NCBI GenBank assembly: GCA_025594325.1
Contig: JANHCV010000009.1
Span: 1,240,001 to 1,304,000, forward strand
DNA from: Blastocladiella emersonii ATCC 22665
Lineage: Eukaryota; Fungi; Blastocladiomycota
Direction of reading: 5' to 3'
DNA length: 64,000 nucleotides
Numbering within the stretch: position 1 is the stretch's first letter; each line of letters opens with the position of its first letter. A program made the translations under genes and the position numbers. The notes beneath the pieces were generated by a model, which saw nothing but the letters and a program-made list of their open reading frames with translations, did no database searches and was not told the DNA's origin. Shown one piece after another: positions 18,301 to 26,519 of the stretch.

Positions 18301-19121
18301 CGACGGCGTACCACCCGCAGACCGACGGGCAGACCGAGCGCATGAACCAGACCCTCGAGGTGTACCTGCGCATGTTCGCCAGCGAGGACCAGTCGAACTG
18401 GGCCGAGCTGCTGCGGTACGCCGAGATGGCCATCAACAACACGGTCAACAAGTCAACGGGCATGTCGCCGTTCAAGGCCAACTACGCGTTTGACCCGCGG
18501 CTCTCGGCCGCGCCAGTTCGGTCGGATCGGGTCCCGTCAGCCGCCGCGCTGGCCGAGCGCATTGCCGACGTCCAGGGCAAGCTGCGCGAGAAGGTCGAGC
18601 GCGCCAAGGAGCTGTACAAGAAGCACGCTGACCGCCGCCGCCGCGAGGGCCCCGACTACAAGGTCGGCGACATGGTGCTGCTGAGCACCAAGAACCTGCG
18701 CGTCAACGTGCCCAAGGCCAAGCTCGGGCCCAAGTACACGGAGCCGCTCAAGATCGTGCGCCTCATCCGGAAATCGGCCGTCGAGCTCGAGCTGCCGCCG
18801 ACCATGGCGCGCGTCCATCCCGTGTTCCACGTCTCGCTCATCAAGCCGATCGACGAGCACGACGAGGAGGCGTTCCCGGGCCGCGCGCTGCCGCCGCCAA
18901 CGCCGTACGCCGTCAACGGGCACGAGGAGTGGACGGTCGAGGCGATCCGCGACGCGCGCAAGGTCGGCCGCAGCGTCGAGTACCTGCTCAAGTGGCACGG
19001 CTGCCCCGAGGACGACAACACCTGGGAGCCGTACGCGAACCTCAAGCACCTCGAGCTGCTCGCCGAGTTCCACGCGCAGAACCCGTCAAAACCCGACCCG
19101 CGGAGGGGGAAGGGGAGATAG
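15261..19121 (+). CDS. pol: Pol polyprotein: aspartic protease, RT, RNase H, integrase, chromodomain
   Basis: MMLDTGA; MPFGLTNAPAAFQ and YLDDILI; VEADASNFAIG; AHxxxxAGHFG..CLTC, SISMDFI, SDRGSQF, GQTERMN; chromodomain WTVEAI..YLLKWHG..DNTWEP. Confidence 0.97.
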   Translation: MPVAPALVVGKRQSGVAEQAATSSKPKPADLGGTTAMATAAAAADKMSVPADTKKKMNKKKKQNMNDKKTNGKSVAAYFGALVRLEMAQDHLHLGGLLAHPGLRTAPIPTFMMLDTGAPVNLISRRVAEQAGLVPKRLARRIDLRGVVGSAPGQRQYISHYVHAAVSVTSPEFLHAAVAGSQTVFADGVVPPGDASKQKRVVGDAGRAIDIPCLHCSVARFLVVDSPAFPVIMGLEWMVANGAKPDPRSATVAIDGACTGRCGCPPAQRVTVATVAPRVDLDPLAWDEAHGPPEAPDDAAPKRVLPAKYLKWAHVFDAAAASALPPHRPYDCEIELVEGAKVPFLPVYALSQPELEELRKTIDENLARGFIRPSRSPAGAPIMFVPKKDGSRRMCVDYRRLNALTVKNRYALPLIAELMNQVQGARIFTKFDLRGACNLVRIREGDEWKTAFRTRYGHYEWMVMPFGLTNAPAAFQAFVNDVFRDLLDRRGVLVYLDDILIFSEDPEEHTALVKEVLQRLADNKLYVKLEKCEFDVTRVEYLGHILTTEGVEMDPAKVRAVTEWPAPRTVKEVQAFLGLANYYRRFIPEFSELTIPLTRLTQKDTPWRWGDTEAAAFAAIKTRFASDQFLAHPDPSKQFIVEADASNFAIGCVLSQVDNEGTLRPVAFHSRALKAAELNYPILDKELLAIKVAFEIWRHHLEGAQHPVEVYTDHKNLEHFRTMTVESQRHARWALFLERFSFRFTYRPGAINGRADALSRRADYELFDNPMLGRAVVPASALTVAATAAASAPLVAGTQGDDVLAAIRDSLAEDELAQSMQRNPGKHPSLTMDLDGFVWRDDRLYVPSGVARTRVIEEAHATRVAGHFGVQRTIEKVSRSYWWPGMRKVIERFVKSCLTCARAKVPRHRPDGELQPLPTPPRPWSSISMDFITDLPRSKGHTCIMVVVDRFSKMTHFIPLAALPTAATTADAFIEHVVRPHGLPDDIVSDRGSQFTSRFWSAMCESLEIKAKLSTAYHPQTDGQTERMNQTLEVYLRMFASEDQSNWAELLRYAEMAINNTVNKSTGMSPFKANYAFDPRLSAAPVRSDRVPSAAALAERIADVQGKLREKVERAKELYKKHADRRRREGPDYKVGDMVLLSTKNLRVNVPKAKLGPKYTEPLKIVRLIRKSAVELELPPTMARVHPVFHVSLIKPIDEHDEEAFPGRALPPPTPYAVNGHEEWTVEAIRDARKVGRSVEYLLKWHGCPEDDNTWEPYANLKHLELLAEFHAQNPSKPDPRRGKGR
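15288..15294 (+). promoter_or_regulatory. -1 ribosomal frameshift slippery heptamer G GGA AAC
   Basis: An X XXY YYZ heptamer in the gag frame, within the gag/pol overlap; pol is in the -1 frame. Confidence 0.8.
19103..19121 (+). promoter_or_regulatory. Polypurine tract
   Basis: GGAGGGGGAAGGGGAGATAG immediately precedes the 3' LTR. Confidence 0.9.
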
Positions 19122-19295
19122 TGTCACGGTTCAGTGATCCGACGGCTCGGGCTGGTGGCGCGGGCTGGTGGCGCAGTCCCTCATACGCCGAGCGTTGCCC
19201 TCGCTCTCCCTCTCTCTTGTCATTCGTGATACAATCCTTCATTATCCGGCTAGTCATTCCTCGTGGCACAAGACCCTCCCCCTCGGCACCTTACA
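19122..19295 (+). repeat. 3' LTR (174 bp)
   Basis: Matches the 5' LTR; followed by the TSD CATGG. Confidence 0.97.
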
Positions 19296-19399
19296 CATGG
19301 GGGTGGCTTGATCACTGAACGCTGTATCGCGTGGCTTGCCCCTTTTAGCTTACAACGGCGGGGGGGGGGGATAATGGCACAGAGGACGACGGCAATGAT

Positions 19400-19707
19400 T
19401 GTGAGTAGATTGTGAGTGTGTGTGAGTGTGTGTGAGTGTGGAGGTCGTACTCACAAAATGCACTACTTTTACGTTACCCTGAGTATTTTTACTTTGTTTT
19501 TTGTCTTGTGAGTATGTGAGTATGATATTTAGAGGTATTCAGTGATATATATTTGGAAGAAAAAAGTAACATACATATGTCAGTGACAAAACGTCTCCGA
19601 ATTATGGGCGGGGTGGAAAAGTTCCGATTCCTGTACTCACAAACTCACACCCAGGGTAAGCCATTAGCTTCCTTTGTGGAGGCCCTAAAAACTGCGTCAT
19701 ACTCACA
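19400..19707. repeat. Inverted iteron array A (TGTGAGT x6 forward, ACTCACA x4 reverse) around an AT-rich core
   Basis: TGTGAGT near 19400, 19411, 19421, 19431, 19507 and 19515; ACTCACA near 19449, 19635, 19643 and 19701. Confidence 0.85.
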
Positions 19708-19830
19708 ACTTCCTGCCCCACAGCTGGATCGCCCAGTGACTGGAAATCCGCCGCGCCCGCTTCTCAGATGGCATGGACTATGACGACTGAAACCCACTAC
19801 CGAATGGCCGTCTACTCTATCAACCTACTT

Positions 19831-19975
19831 GTGTCCCAGTGTCCCAGTGTCCCAGCTAAATATTCTTTTTTATAAATTTGAAAAATATAACTAACATACT
19901 TAGTTAGTATGCTGTTTTCAGTTCAAAATACGAGCTACAAGTGAAAATCGCTGGGACACTGGGACACAGGGACAC
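19831..19975. repeat. Inverted iteron array B: 26-bp arms (1 mismatch) of 8-bp GTGTCCCA units flanking a 93-bp AT-rich spacer
   Basis: GTGTCCCAGTGTCCCAGTGTCCCAGC at 19831-19856 and GCTGGGACACTGGGACACAGGGACAC at 19950-19975; internal hairpin CATACT-N5-AGTATG at 19895-19911. Confidence 0.92.
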
Positions 19976-20505
19976 ACTCTCACCGACCTCACCAATACTC
20001 TCACCAACCGACTCACCATCTCCTCACCGCGCCGACGGATTCATAGACGTTTGCCAATATCGCCCATGCCCGTCGTGGATTTCAATTCATCGAATAATCG
20101 CAAAGTCATTTCGAGACGCGTCGCGGATCAGATGACCGTCACGTGGGCCGCGAGACACTTGGAGACGCGTCGACTTATCACGTGAGGACCCTCCGCCACT
20201 TCGTGGCTGCGGGCGCGCGCGCATCCCTGGGGATGTTTCTGACGGGCGTCCCCAGGGATAGACCTAACCACATCTACCTCTATAGCCATTTAATCCTATT
20301 CTGAAGTATCCTTATAAGGATACTTCAGAGTGGGATCATGATACGCGTGGGGGGGCGGGAGCTGAGGCGCGAGCGAAGGCAAGTCGCGAGCGGCAAGAGT
20401 CAAAAGCGTCAGGTGACGCTTGGTCGACGCGCCGCGGGTCCCTTCGCGCCGCTTCGCGTTCCCACGATCCTCCCTTGATCCGCTCCGCCCACACATGAAA
20501 AACTG

Positions 20506-21810
20506 ATGGAAAACCAAATCGAGTTGCCGCAACCGTCTCGCGGACAAGCCGACCTTCCTCACGAGGTGCTTGTGGCCGCGCTGCAGCTTGCGTCGTCGCG
20601 GCTCCTTGTTTTCACTGCCTCACGCGCTTTGCTCCACGCCGCCCGCGACCCGTGCGTTCTCGCGACATGGATCAGTCGGGTTCTGCGGCTTGGGACGCCA
20701 AACGAGCTTCTGCAAGACTATGCCGACCGCGTTCCGCGTGCTCCCACGGACCTTGGCGCCTATTTTGAGCGGCAGATCGCCGCATTTTACTCGGTGACAG
20801 TCCCGTACACCAAGTATGACCCAGTTTTCAACGAGCCTGCCCTTATCGCTGCCGCATTTAAATGGTTGGCTCACCGCGCTTTGCACGTCCTCAGACAGCA
20901 AGATCTCGATGGCAAGCTTCTCGGCAAGCAGCTTTCTGCTAGTCAAGTCTCGCACAGCTCGCCTCGACGCCCAGTCGCCTTCACTTGCTCGCCCCTGATC
21001 TCGCTGCTGCAGCTGCTTCTCCTCGCTTCGTATCGCGACGAAACCAACTCGCTCTCGAAGATGCTCGCCTGGATCGCCGACAAATTTCCCGAGCTGCTCG
21101 CCATCAAGCTTGATGCAAGCTCGTGGGCAAGCCTTACCGCGAAATCTAACGAGCTGCTGGATATTCCCCGTGACCAGACACCCCCGGCCCTACAATTCAG
21201 TCTTGTCGAAATCCTCGGGCTCTTTGCCATGTTCCACTGGAACGCCACTGTCGTCGATCTGCTGCGCCAGCCGCCGTTCCACCTTGACCTGGCCTGGCTG
21301 GGCGGCTTGCTCGGCCAAGACTGGGCCAGCAACCATCTGCTGCGCCAAATCAGCTGCATCTCTTCGCACCCACTGGACGACGTGATTCGCTCGCTTGACT
21401 TTCTCCTCGAGCGCAGTTGGCCTCCCAGTCATCCCGTCGTCAGCGACCAGTCGTTCCTGTTCCACTTTGCCCAGTTCCCGTCGCCCACGCTCCTCACACA
21501 CGTCTTGCTTACGTATCCTGACTATGGCTTCCTTGCGGATAAACGAATCATCAATGTTGTGGTCGTGGAACGTTTTGGTTATTGGCCATCCGACGAGTCC
21601 ACTGCATCGGCGCTTCGGGTATTTCATCGCCACGGGTTACTCGACGAGACGACGTGGGGCAAGATTCTTGAAGTCGAGCTCACTCGCAGCGGGGGCCGTG
21701 CGCCCAAACTTCTTTCGGACGCCTTGGCCACCGAATTGGGTTACGACCTCAAGTCCCTTCTCGACATAGGTACGCGACAATCTCCCGAACCGCGTAGGCT
21801 TGACGTCTAA
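20506..21810 (+). CDS. Hypothetical intronless protein (434 aa), possible N-terminal F-box-like motif
   Basis: Long ATG ORF; DLPHEVLVAALQ resembles the F-box LPxE start; Leu-rich helical body. Confidence 0.55.
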   Translation: MENQIELPQPSRGQADLPHEVLVAALQLASSRLLVFTASRALLHAARDPCVLATWISRVLRLGTPNELLQDYADRVPRAPTDLGAYFERQIAAFYSVTVPYTKYDPVFNEPALIAAAFKWLAHRALHVLRQQDLDGKLLGKQLSASQVSHSSPRRPVAFTCSPLISLLQLLLLASYRDETNSLSKMLAWIADKFPELLAIKLDASSWASLTAKSNELLDIPRDQTPPALQFSLVEILGLFAMFHWNATVVDLLRQPPFHLDLAWLGGLLGQDWASNHLLRQISCISSHPLDDVIRSLDFLLERSWPPSHPVVSDQSFLFHFAQFPSPTLLTHVLLTYPDYGFLADKRIINVVVVERFGYWPSDESTASALRVFHRHGLLDETTWGKILEVELTRSGGRAPKLLSDALATELGYDLKSLLDIGTRQSPEPRRLDV

Positions 21811-21983
21811 CTACCGTTTATAACTACGTAGCCTTTAGGTACAGCGTCCATAGCACCCAGTTTGATCCTCGATCGCCACAGTGCATCATCCGCTACGCTC
21901 GCCTGTTCGCTCACGATGAAGCTGACTTTGGCGAGACACTGATCGGCATTTCTCAAACGCTTTCAGACGCGCTCGAGTCGCCC

Positions 21984-22607
21984 GTGGCGCTCTTCCGATC
22001 GCCCATGACCAGCATCTTCAAGGGCGCGGACTTTCAAGCGCCCGATCTCTTGGACATGTTCCTGCTCGCCAACGCGCGGGTCTCGTCGCGCAAGGTCGAG
22101 GTGGAGCACATGTACCCGCTTATTCCCCTCGTCTTGACCATGCTCGAGAATCCTGTATCTCGGGACCAGACTCTTCATCTCATGAACGAGACCAACACCG
22201 CCCGAGATTACTTGGTCGCGATGGTCAATTCTTTGATCAAACGAACCTGGGGTCGTAACGAGCTCCAAATCCCAATGACTTGCAACTGCTGCGACCTCGA
22301 CAGTCAGCGCGTTTGGTTCGACACGCTGGGGCATATCGTTCAGCTCCCCGTCTGCACGCCGTGGACGCGTGTTCTTCCAGCGCTCTGCGAGCTCGTCGTC
22401 ACACTCTGCCAGGATCTCAACGAGTTATCCTCTCATCTACGCTACGAGAACCCGACCGCGTGCAAGTTTGCAGAGCAGTTCCCACTGCGCCGTATGCTTC
22501 GCATCTTGGTCTCGGCGGATAGAGTAGGCCTCCTCGCTCACTTCGATGGCGAGCGCGGCGAGGCCCTGCTCAACTTCTGCGGGCTGGGTCCCGATGGTGC
22601 GCAGTGA
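21984..22607 (+). CDS. Hypothetical protein (~207 aa)
   Basis: Protein-like ORF; no motif recognised. Confidence 0.45.
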   Translation: MALFRSPMTSIFKGADFQAPDLLDMFLLANARVSSRKVEVEHMYPLIPLVLTMLENPVSRDQTLHLMNETNTARDYLVAMVNSLIKRTWGRNELQIPMTCNCCDLDSQRVWFDTLGHIVQLPVCTPWTRVLPALCELVVTLCQDLNELSSHLRYENPTACKFAEQFPLRRMLRILVSADRVGLLAHFDGERGEALLNFCGLGPDGAQ

Positions 22608-23009
22608 CAGTATTCGCGACGCGGACTGGACCCGCGAGGCCGAGTACACCGTGTCGAATGGCGAGTAGGTGCCCAAAGAGTTTATTTAACTGTGCGCCCA
22701 TGCTTATGAAGTAGGAGTAGGGCGAACAAAACTAGGCTCTGTTGTCCATTTTCCGTTTTCATGCGAGTCGTCTGCCGCGACTTGTGGGCGCCGTTGATGT
22801 GCATCCCCGAAGACACATGTGCTCAAACGAGTAGGCTCAGAGACGTATGATAGTTTTGACTTCAACGCCGACGCTGAACCCGGAGTCCGGTCGCCCGGCG
22901 CGTCGGTCAAACGCACGGGTGGCACGTGCGAGGCAGGGGCTTGCCTAGAAACGAACTGGACAGGGACAACTCCGGCTCTTCAGCGACCCTCGATACTACA
23001 TGTAAACGG

Positions 23010-26000
23010 ATGGACACTCGCTGGGACTCGGCGCAAAATGCGCACCTGTACCATGATCATCCGCCCGGTCCGTTGCCGGGGTGGTCTGGGCTTCAGCCTC
23101 AAGCGTTCCATGGACCCGCGCTGCATCCTCCGCAGCCGCAACCGCAGCCTTTTGCTCCCTCGGCACCTGTTCCCGAGACGTCGGCTTCCGCTTTCGCTTC
23201 GGATCTTGATCTGCTTCTCTTTGCCCAGCAACGGCTTATCGTCCCGACGTTGACCGCGCTTGGCGACCCGGATCCCACGGCGTGGCTTCGTGTTGTCGAA
23301 ACCGACCTCGACATTCTTGGTCTTCCCCGTCGGCTCTGGCACCTTGCTGCGTTATGTTACGCCGACGGAGACCTCGCGCTGACGCTGCGGCTACGAGCGC
23401 AGGCGCGGTTTGATTCTGCGGGCGCTGCAGGCGACGTTTGGCTTACTGGCGTGCGCCCCATTATCCTCGAAATGGGCCAACGCTCGGCGCCGCCCGGTCC
23501 GCCGGGAATGCCGCCGATCTTTCAGCCTTACGCTTCGAACGAGTATCCGGCGTGGCCGACGCAAAACCAGCAACATTCGGCCCTGCACGCGGCTAGTGGT
23601 TCCCCGGCGTTTTACTCGGCGCTCGAGCATGCCAAAGTCCCTCGTGACGACGCAGATTCGAATTTCGCAGCTTTCGCTCCCGAGCCTCCGCTTGTTACGG
23701 CGAAGGCGGAACATGATCCAGACCTTGGCCTTGCACCACTGGCCAACACGGGCGGCAACCTCGAGCCAGGACCAGTACAACCCGCTCAATCGGACCTGTT
23801 GCCCGCCGCCAAACTTGCGTCCGAATCAGACCTCGACCAGCTTTCATCGGCGACCTCGTTGGTGCTTCCGGAGACCGTTTACGCTACTACTGACGCGCTC
23901 ACCGAGGCTGAGCCGGTTGTTCATTCGGTTGACGGATGCGCCGAGACGCGCTCGTGCTGTCCATCGAGCTCGCTACCGCGCCCGGCTTCACCGGTTGAGT
24001 CCGAGGTCTCTAGCGACGACGCTTCGCTTCTGTCCTTCTCGAGCTCGCTCAGTTCGCGTCGAGGCTCGTTTGCGGGTCTCACTTGCGACGGAGCTGATTC
24101 TCGTGCGGATTCGCCTCTCTCGGCTGCCAACGATGACTCAAGCGCTCCTGCAATGATTGGTGCGCCCCTTCCTGACTATAAACGATACACCAACGCTGAC
24201 CGTTCTTCGAGGGTAGTTGATGCTCACTTTGAGGGCGGCGAGGGCCATCTCGACGCTCCATCTCCCGCCAGTCCTATCAATGGTGCGGTTAGCGCCGGCG
24301 GTGGGAGCGGATCCGATCTCGAGGTTCTCTCTGACCTGGGAAACAGCTTCGGACTTGATGGGATGGAACCTTCTGCTATCGAACCGTGCGACGCTCCTGC
24401 GCGGGCTGCGACTCCCAACGGCACGACAATTGCAACCGCCAGCGTTCTCACTCTCACTCCTCCACCAGCGCCAGCGCCAGCGCCTGTCTCGACGGAGCGA
24501 CACACCGTGGTCATTCCGATTGACTTTAGTGCGGGCCCCTCCCTTGGAACTCTCGCTATCGTTGATGCCCTTGTGACGAATATCCCACCTGCTTCGGATG
24601 CCCTCCTGACCCGCCAAGAGTTTTTGAGCTATTCGCTTTGGGGCTCCAACATGTACAAGTCTGCTGAAAAAGCCGCTGCTCGGTCCGAGACGTTTACCAC
24701 TACTCTCAAAGCCCCAGGCGAGGGCTCGTACCCTTATGTTGACTTTGTTGTGCAGCCCGTCCAAAACGGCGTCCACGACCACGACGCGCAGGTTGCGCAA
24801 TTGATTCCTCCAGTGCCTTTGATCTCGGCCTCGGTCGAACACCCGCGTTCATCGACGGCCTCGAGTTTGATCCAGGAGCTTGACGAAAACGGACTGCCGC
24901 CGCTTCACCTGCTTCCAGCGCCGTGCGGTACCACTGCAGGCCCGCTCCCATTTACACACACTGTGTCGACCATGACGGACCTCGCTTCTGATGTTCCTAC
25001 CGTCCGCATCGACGTCGTGGTAACTACACTGATTGACGAGCTGTACAGCGGACCTGGGATCTGGGACTTTGACTCGGAAAAGCTTCCCGCGCACTTCAGC
25101 GTGATCTGTCCCGCGAACACGACGTGGCGCTCGGCCGTGGCCGCCATCGAGGCCACGCCATTCGGATGCATCGCTGCCAAGCGCGACCCGCTTTACTGGC
25201 AGCTTTCTGGCCGTGTCGCCGGCACTGATTTGCGCCTGACGGCTGACGGACTTCTTGCCGACCCCGACGAGACGCTTGCGCAGCTGGTCGCAGCTAGTAG
25301 CAGTGGGGAAAAGCCGTCCTTGGACAAGAAAACGGCCCGAAAGAGGAAAATTGACAACGCGGCTGCTGCTGTGGTTCCTAGTCGCGCCGGACTTACCGTG
25401 CTTCGTGTCGTCTGCACACCAAAAACCGTTCTCAAGGGCATGCAAGTCACCATCGACAACAGCGCCTTGCCCACGCCCACGCCGCAGGACTTGAGGAAGC
25501 GGAACATGGTCAACCAACTTCTCGTCTTTGTCAAGTTCTATGCTGCGCCCGTTGGTCCTCGTTTCATTTGCTCTTGCTTGGTTACGCCGTCGGCGTTAGT
25601 TTCGAATCTCTTGCTTGGGTGGTTCCCGGCGGCTTCGACAGTTCGCCCGCTCTTTGTGGAGCCAACGGGCTACTATGAGGAGCGGCCCGGAAACTTGCCA
25701 CCGCGCCGCCTCAGCCCACGCCTGTCTTGGAGCGCGCTCAAGGTGCCGCGTGGCGCTGTTATCGTGGTCCAGTTTGCCCCTATTCAGTGCGCGGACCTGT
25801 TCAAGATTATGCCAGCCATCACGGCCAACCGGCCCTACGCTTTCACTTCATCCGACTATATGCAAGTCGAGAGTCTTCTCCCAGACATGTTTGACCTCGC
25901 GAACCAGCTCCAGGACCCGGCGCGCGCGCGGTCTGCCATCGACGCGGCCGCCGCCGCGTATCTCGTCTCGACCGCGCTGATCCCCAAATGCCCGCCCGAT

Positions 26001-26168
26001 CTGCGCCACGAGTACCGGATGATCGCGCGCGGCCGCAGGGCGCCCGACACGTTTGTCGAGTGGTGCAAGGACTGGGCGAGCGGCAAGTGGAAGCGCGAGT
26101 TGGTCTGGTTGTGCGACCCGGACGCTCCAAGCTTCAAGGCTGAGGACGGCAGTTCCATCCTCTCGTAG
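23010..26168 (+). CDS. Large orphan protein, paralog 1 of a tandem pair (gag-like N-terminal domain, Ser-rich linker, conserved C-terminal domains)
   Basis: Probable ATG at 23010 (MDTRWDSAQNAHLY), by alignment with paralog 2; extensive shared blocks; possible in-frame 57-bp intron at 24160-24216. Confidence 0.7.
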   Translation: MDTRWDSAQNAHLYHDHPPGPLPGWSGLQPQAFHGPALHPPQPQPQPFAPSAPVPETSASAFASDLDLLLFAQQRLIVPTLTALGDPDPTAWLRVVETDLDILGLPRRLWHLAALCYADGDLALTLRLRAQARFDSAGAAGDVWLTGVRPIILEMGQRSAPPGPPGMPPIFQPYASNEYPAWPTQNQQHSALHAASGSPAFYSALEHAKVPRDDADSNFAAFAPEPPLVTAKAEHDPDLGLAPLANTGGNLEPGPVQPAQSDLLPAAKLASESDLDQLSSATSLVLPETVYATTDALTEAEPVVHSVDGCAETRSCCPSSSLPRPASPVESEVSSDDASLLSFSSSLSSRRGSFAGLTCDGADSRADSPLSAANDDSSAPAMIGAPLPDYKRYTNADRSSRVVDAHFEGGEGHLDAPSPASPINGAVSAGGGSGSDLEVLSDLGNSFGLDGMEPSAIEPCDAPARAATPNGTTIATASVLTLTPPPAPAPAPVSTERHTVVIPIDFSAGPSLGTLAIVDALVTNIPPASDALLTRQEFLSYSLWGSNMYKSAEKAAARSETFTTTLKAPGEGSYPYVDFVVQPVQNGVHDHDAQVAQLIPPVPLISASVEHPRSSTASSLIQELDENGLPPLHLLPAPCGTTAGPLPFTHTVSTMTDLASDVPTVRIDVVVTTLIDELYSGPGIWDFDSEKLPAHFSVICPANTTWRSAVAAIEATPFGCIAAKRDPLYWQLSGRVAGTDLRLTADGLLADPDETLAQLVAASSSGEKPSLDKKTARKRKIDNAAAAVVPSRAGLTVLRVVCTPKTVLKGMQVTIDNSALPTPTPQDLRKRNMVNQLLVFVKFYAAPVGPRFICSCLVTPSALVSNLLLGWFPAASTVRPLFVEPTGYYEERPGNLPPRRLSPRLSWSALKVPRGAVIVVQFAPIQCADLFKIMPAITANRPYAFTSSDYMQVESLLPDMFDLANQLQDPARARSAIDAAAAAYLVSTALIPKCPPDLRHEYRMIARGRRAPDTFVEWCKDWASGKWKRELVWLCDPDAPSFKAEDGSSILS

Positions 26169-26519
26169 ACGCGCGGGAGGGCTCGGCCTGAGCCGCGCGC
26201 TTGCTTTTTTTTGACCAAATACATATTGTTTCTCCCGTTTCTCGAATGTACCCTCACCTTGGAATGATCACTGTTGCGTGTCGTTCATGCGGCCGTGACC
26301 GCGGTGATCGATCACACTCACGGTCCCACAAAACGGAACGTGTTCTCGGCTGTTTGCGAACACGAAGGAACACAGGTTTGGCCAGCACCCTCGGAATGGC
26401 GCGTCGGTCACCCGCACGGGTTGCACGTGCGAGCAGGGCTGATCCTGAAACGCAGTTGACGGCCGACTCGACAGTGACGCCGCGGCTCCCTTGCACCCGC
26501 TCAACCGCATGTAAAACGA

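Larger units (their letters stand above)
14005..19295 (+). mobile_element. Complete Ty3/gypsy chromoviral LTR retrotransposon (Tf1/sushi-like)
   Basis: TG...CA LTRs, CATGG TSD at 14000-14004 and 19296-19300, gag, pol in PR-RT-RH-INT-chromo order, PPT. Confidence 0.97.

Noticed and set aside
15672-18314. Long minus-strand ORFs (494 and 382 aa) over pol
   Set aside because: GC-rich antisense shadows; R/G/A-rich with no domains.
19360-19370. G11 homopolymer
   Set aside because: A single run, insufficient for an intramolecular G-quadruplex claim; may be a slippage or read artefact.
19400-20030. Possible CRISPR-like or telomeric array
   Set aside because: Units are 6-10 bp, in both orientations, without unique regular spacers; no cas genes; not a terminal homogeneous array.
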